DNA from: Atopobiaceae bacterium
Lineage (GTDB): Bacteria; Actinomycetota; Coriobacteriia; Coriobacteriales; Atopobiaceae
Assembly (NCBI GenBank): GCA_017460265.1
Contig: JAFUBJ010000117.1
Coordinates: forward strand, 1 to 25,955
Length of the DNA: 25,955 nt
Direction: 5' to 3'
A program made the translations under genes and the position numbers. Shown piece after piece: positions 23,501 to 25,955 of this stretch. Position 1 is the stretch's first letter. Each line of letters begins with the position of its first letter. The notes under the pieces are model-generated. The model was not told the origin of the DNA and searched no databases. It saw nothing but the letters and a program-made list of their open reading frames with translations.

Positions 23501-25742
23501 CTATGCGCGAGCGTACTTCACCGCAGCGTTTGCCGCCAACAAGGCGGGCAAGGTGGAGCTGTGCGGCTTCTCCCTACAGGAGATGGACGCTACCTTCAAG
23601 CCCTACGTCACGGGGCAGGACGACCTCTCCAAGACCTACGCCACCAACGCATCGCTCACGCTCACCGACTCTAGAATCAGGAGCGACGTGGCGAGCACGT
23701 ACCAGTCCAAGGCCGACATGAGCAGCTACTACATCAAGACCGAGGTCGAGCAGCGGGACGATGCCATCACCAGCACCGTCATGTCGAGGGTGGACGGCAT
23801 CCAGGCGCTCGGGGAGAACCTGCTCAACGACGTGGTGAACCCGTACCTCGTCACCAGCCTCGGGCGCAACGGCTGGCAGGTGGCCTCGGGCGGCAACGGC
23901 ACGGGCAGCGTCGAGGACGTCACCGACTCGCCGCAGACCGGGGTGACCAAGAGCCTGCGCATCACGGGCAACACGAGCGGACACCGCGACTTCGGCCAGT
24001 TCGTGCCGCTGGTGGGCGGGGAGACCTACACCTTCACCGCGTGGGTGCGCTCGCTGTCGGGGACGGTGAACGCGCTGCTGAGGATGTGGGACTCCAAGGC
24101 CGAGGCGAGCAAGACCATCTCGGTGGGCGCTGAGTGGCAGCGCATCTCGGTGTCCATGACGCCGACCGCGGCGGCGAGCAACATCAGAATGCTCATGGGC
24201 ATCAATGGGGCGGGCGGCATCGAGTACCTCGCCCCCGTCCTCGTGCAGGCCAACACCTCCTACGTGATGCAATCCACCTTCGAGCAGACCACCGAGGGCA
24301 TGGACGGCAGAATCACCACCGCACGCGCCATGGCCGGATGGTACGGCACCTGCTCCACGGCGGCGGCCACGGCGGCGAAGGTCGTGACGGTGGTCGGCCT
24401 GACCGAGCTTGTGGACGGCACGCAGATAACCATCCGGTGCTCCACCGCATCCACCACGAGCGTCCCCACCATCAACGTCAACGGGCTGGGGGCAAAGGCC
24501 GTGTGGCACGCCGGGGCGGTCACCGCCACCAGCAACGAGCTCAGATGGGGCACGGGCGCGGAGATAACCTTGCTCTACGACGGCACGAAGTTCACGACCG
24601 TGGGACAGCCCAAGTCCTACGCGACCTCATGCTCCACCGCAGCCGCCACCGCGGCCAAGGCCGCGACCGCGACAGGGTTCGTCCTCTGCAAGGGCGCGAC
24701 CGTGGCGCTTCAGATGACCAACGCGAACACGGCGAACAACACGACCCTGAACGTCAGCGCGACCGGGGGCTACGAGATTTACCTCAACGGCGCGAGGCAG
24801 ACCACCGCCAACGCAGCCGACACCACCTGGGCGGCGGGCGGCAACGTGACCTTCTGCTTCGACGGCAGGTACTGGCGCATGGGCGAGGGCTCGGCCATTG
24901 CCAAGGCCAACGCGGAGGCCACCCTGCGAGAGACGCTCATCAGGCAGTACTCCGGGGGCGTGCTGGCGGGCTACGTGGGCAACACGTTAGCCGCGCTGGT
25001 GAACGCGGCAGGCAGCTTCGACGTGGTGTCGACCACGTGGAGCGGCGGCGAGCCCACAGTCACCGGGACGCTGGCTTCGTTCGCCTCCAACCTCATTGAG
25101 CTGGGCAAGAGCAACGTATCGGCAATCATCGAGTTCTGCGCCGACAAGCTTCACATGGCGTTCTCGGGCAACACCGGGCGCATCGCCTCCGAGGACGGCG
25201 TGCGCATGACGGCGGGAACCTACGACCTCTACGCGAGCACGCAGGCATCGGTGATGGTTCACACCAAGGCGGACTACGAGGACGAGAGCGGCACCTACCA
25301 GCTCGGGGACGGCACAGACAAGAACCGCATCGTCCTGGCCTCCGACACCGTCGTGATGCTGCCCACCGGCTACTCGATGGACTACGGCACCAAGGGCTTC
25401 TCCACGCTCGATTTGGTGAGGTTCCTGCCGCAACTCAGGCTGGAAACCTACGGGGCGTGGGTTGGGACGACCTTCGACCCCACCGAACACCAGCTGGTCA
25501 TGCTTACCGGAACGGCTGTGCAAAGCACGGTGGAGATGACCATCAGCTATGGCATGACGTTCGTCGGGGTGAAGACCGTCATTTGCGCTGGGGGCGACGA
25601 CACGGGACTCGGCGGCTCGCAGCTCGTAGTCGCGGACTCCGTGACCACCACGGGCTTCAAACCGAGGAAGCTGAACGGCTCTGCTGGACTTTGGCGGTGC
25701 AACTGGATGGCAATCGGCTGGGTCAACGCGGCCCAGGGATAA
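20505..25742 (+). CDS. Large modular tail fibre / host-specificity protein
   Basis: 1745 aa: FN3-like domain, duplicated NLSPF..HD..D.YNAT.NPDGY domains, CBM-like beta-sandwiches, two CSTAAATAAK repeats, C-terminal ...NWMAIGW. Confidence 0.9.
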   Translation: MIHEKLDGLMTPMEKMARVSMAGLAAATSPQTAPSGAISLDNADGTRTIIGEVSNGEDNPSYTMATHVGDTTPPGIPTGITATSRSGVVVVEWDGTLAGGIPDDFFCIRIYLDGEELGALSEAGSVASATLESGTTHSVTATSEDDCCLPDGTPAHNVSEPTTAITVTVDDDVAAVAEAVEEAREIADAAKSEADAHAAIIPVIQQDIADFKDEVEADYYTKTDVDEVTGAITSEMRASYRDSIARNLSPFYAHDFQDVYNATSNPDGYWTETPANATQLTDGWAHITLPNASGTGTMYSRTYVRPMASVPDNATLLIEVENLVTNVTSTTTKPRLWFNPNMSSSQMGGAIPYLMEDGVYRVALTKNSNLSPTHFARWWWGIENGGTAEFDARISVYEGTYDGPFKPYVTQQDELGRTYVETAKYTVDQTGVTARLDANYQAIETVSGDLEDYKDANDAAVAAIQSQVDGQIEAWYYSVEPTLQNEPAVNWTTEELRERHRGDIYYDITTGHSWRWMKDGSTWQWQAIPDSDAAAALAEAQAALAKAGEKRRIFTSTPVAPYDVNDLWLRSFTETIEVGGEQQTSTGPEIWYSTQLRTGDGTPNGSYHESDWQRWIRRTVDYSQYANYEFQTDHALSQLGDSLETTQGDVTAVTERVSTVEQDAASWKAEVKRTYATKSSTQPNLSPFFAHDLTDIYNATDNPDGYFWNDQASSPELGVVGTQLSDGWMHYELDNSARTNYACVYPYQRPIASLKPSTGYTLLIELRNMVTDAPYSSSFRITSQHDDATRISQTVNPNGYDDIYLARGGTFCKALATKPDMSAATLFCRQYIALAAGLKASFDLRLSLYETVSPELLLDTNAPTLTKVDGPFDRYLSDASNTQVEMTYGAISDPPEELGSDARYGFIADYDGSYNGYRGRSLAFYSGSTSGDARPTFMQGGKQYQATWWARVVSGTAYGRAYFINNGTNNAKQPTGDTALPYTSEWRRYTVSIRPVNPSYARAYFTAAFAANKAGKVELCGFSLQEMDATFKPYVTGQDDLSKTYATNASLTLTDSRIRSDVASTYQSKADMSSYYIKTEVEQRDDAITSTVMSRVDGIQALGENLLNDVVNPYLVTSLGRNGWQVASGGNGTGSVEDVTDSPQTGVTKSLRITGNTSGHRDFGQFVPLVGGETYTFTAWVRSLSGTVNALLRMWDSKAEASKTISVGAEWQRISVSMTPTAAASNIRMLMGINGAGGIEYLAPVLVQANTSYVMQSTFEQTTEGMDGRITTARAMAGWYGTCSTAAATAAKVVTVVGLTELVDGTQITIRCSTASTTSVPTINVNGLGAKAVWHAGAVTATSNELRWGTGAEITLLYDGTKFTTVGQPKSYATSCSTAAATAAKAATATGFVLCKGATVALQMTNANTANNTTLNVSATGGYEIYLNGARQTTANAADTTWAAGGNVTFCFDGRYWRMGEGSAIAKANAEATLRETLIRQYSGGVLAGYVGNTLAALVNAAGSFDVVSTTWSGGEPTVTGTLASFASNLIELGKSNVSAIIEFCADKLHMAFSGNTGRIASEDGVRMTAGTYDLYASTQASVMVHTKADYEDESGTYQLGDGTDKNRIVLASDTVVMLPTGYSMDYGTKGFSTLDLVRFLPQLRLETYGAWVGTTFDPTEHQLVMLTGTAVQSTVEMTISYGMTFVGVKTVICAGGDDTGLGGSQLVVADSVTTTGFKPRKLNGSAGLWRCNWMAIGWVNAAQG

Positions 25743-25751
25743 GGAGGCATC

Positions 25752-25955
25752 ATGGCAATCGAGAAGGACATGGCGGCGAGGGACGGGGTGCCGCTCAGGT
25801 ACCACCGCATCGAGTCGCTTTACAGTCACACCAACTCGGAGACCAGGATAGAGGTGGCGCGCTACATCAGCGCAGAGGAGAGGGCCAAGGAGAAGGAGGC
25901 TGTCAGGCTTGGGAACGCCGTCCCGGTGTACGTGCAGACCGACTTCATCGCCGTC
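25752..25955 (+). CDS. Post-fibre protein, partial (possible fibre chaperone)
   Basis: AAGGAGG RBS; MAIEKDMAARDGVPLRYHRIESL...EVARYISAEERAKEKE; open at the window end. Confidence 0.7.
   Translation, partial: MAIEKDMAARDGVPLRYHRIESLYSHTNSETRIEVARYISAEERAKEKEAVRLGNAVPVYVQTDFIAV

Larger units (their letters stand above)
1..25955 (+). mobile_element. Siphovirus-type phage/prophage: late-middle, packaging, head and tail modules
   Basis: Canonical order HNH-terS-terL-portal-MuF-scaffold-capsid-connectors-major tail-TAC-tape measure-Dit-tail fibre, with many coupled stop/start overlaps. No integrase or att site in the window, so lifestyle is undetermined. Confidence 0.97.

Noticed and set aside
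20505-25955. Diversity-generating retroelement acting on the tail fibre
   Set aside because: No reverse transcriptase and no repeat pair differing only at adenines; the internal repeats differ at all bases. A template outside the window cannot be excluded.
1-25955. tRNA genes, stop-codon reassignment, IS elements
   Set aside because: Intergenic gaps are short with no cloverleaf; all expected genes are intact in the standard code; no transposase or terminal inverted repeats seen.

Overview
High-GC tailed (siphovirus-type) phage or prophage segment, almost all on the + strand. The host is probably an actinobacterium such as Coriobacteriia (inferred from GC and gene style; not verifiable here). 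Order: small accessory/middle genes (lipoprotein, two Lar-family proteins, several Cys zinc-ribbon proteins), a probable late-transcription activator, a 7x TTGGCAC phased repeat array, HNH, TerS, TerL, SPP1-like portal, then a long MuF minor head protein with a C-terminal HExxH zincin domain. A lower-GC accessory island follows (candidate immunity ORF, DUF2513-like protein, a convergent small-gene pair, a small membrane protein), punctuated by related GGGCCCC hairpins. Then scaffold, major capsid, head-tail genes, major tail, a tail chaperone with a -1 frameshift, tape measure, Dit, two minor tail proteins and a 1745-aa modular tail fibre. No integrase, lysin, tRNA, CRISPR or reverse transcriptase is seen. 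The best candidate for an undescribed system is the MuF-zincin toxin/immunity module and its downstream hairpin-delimited cassette array (7194-10185). Family names come from motif recognition, not database searches.
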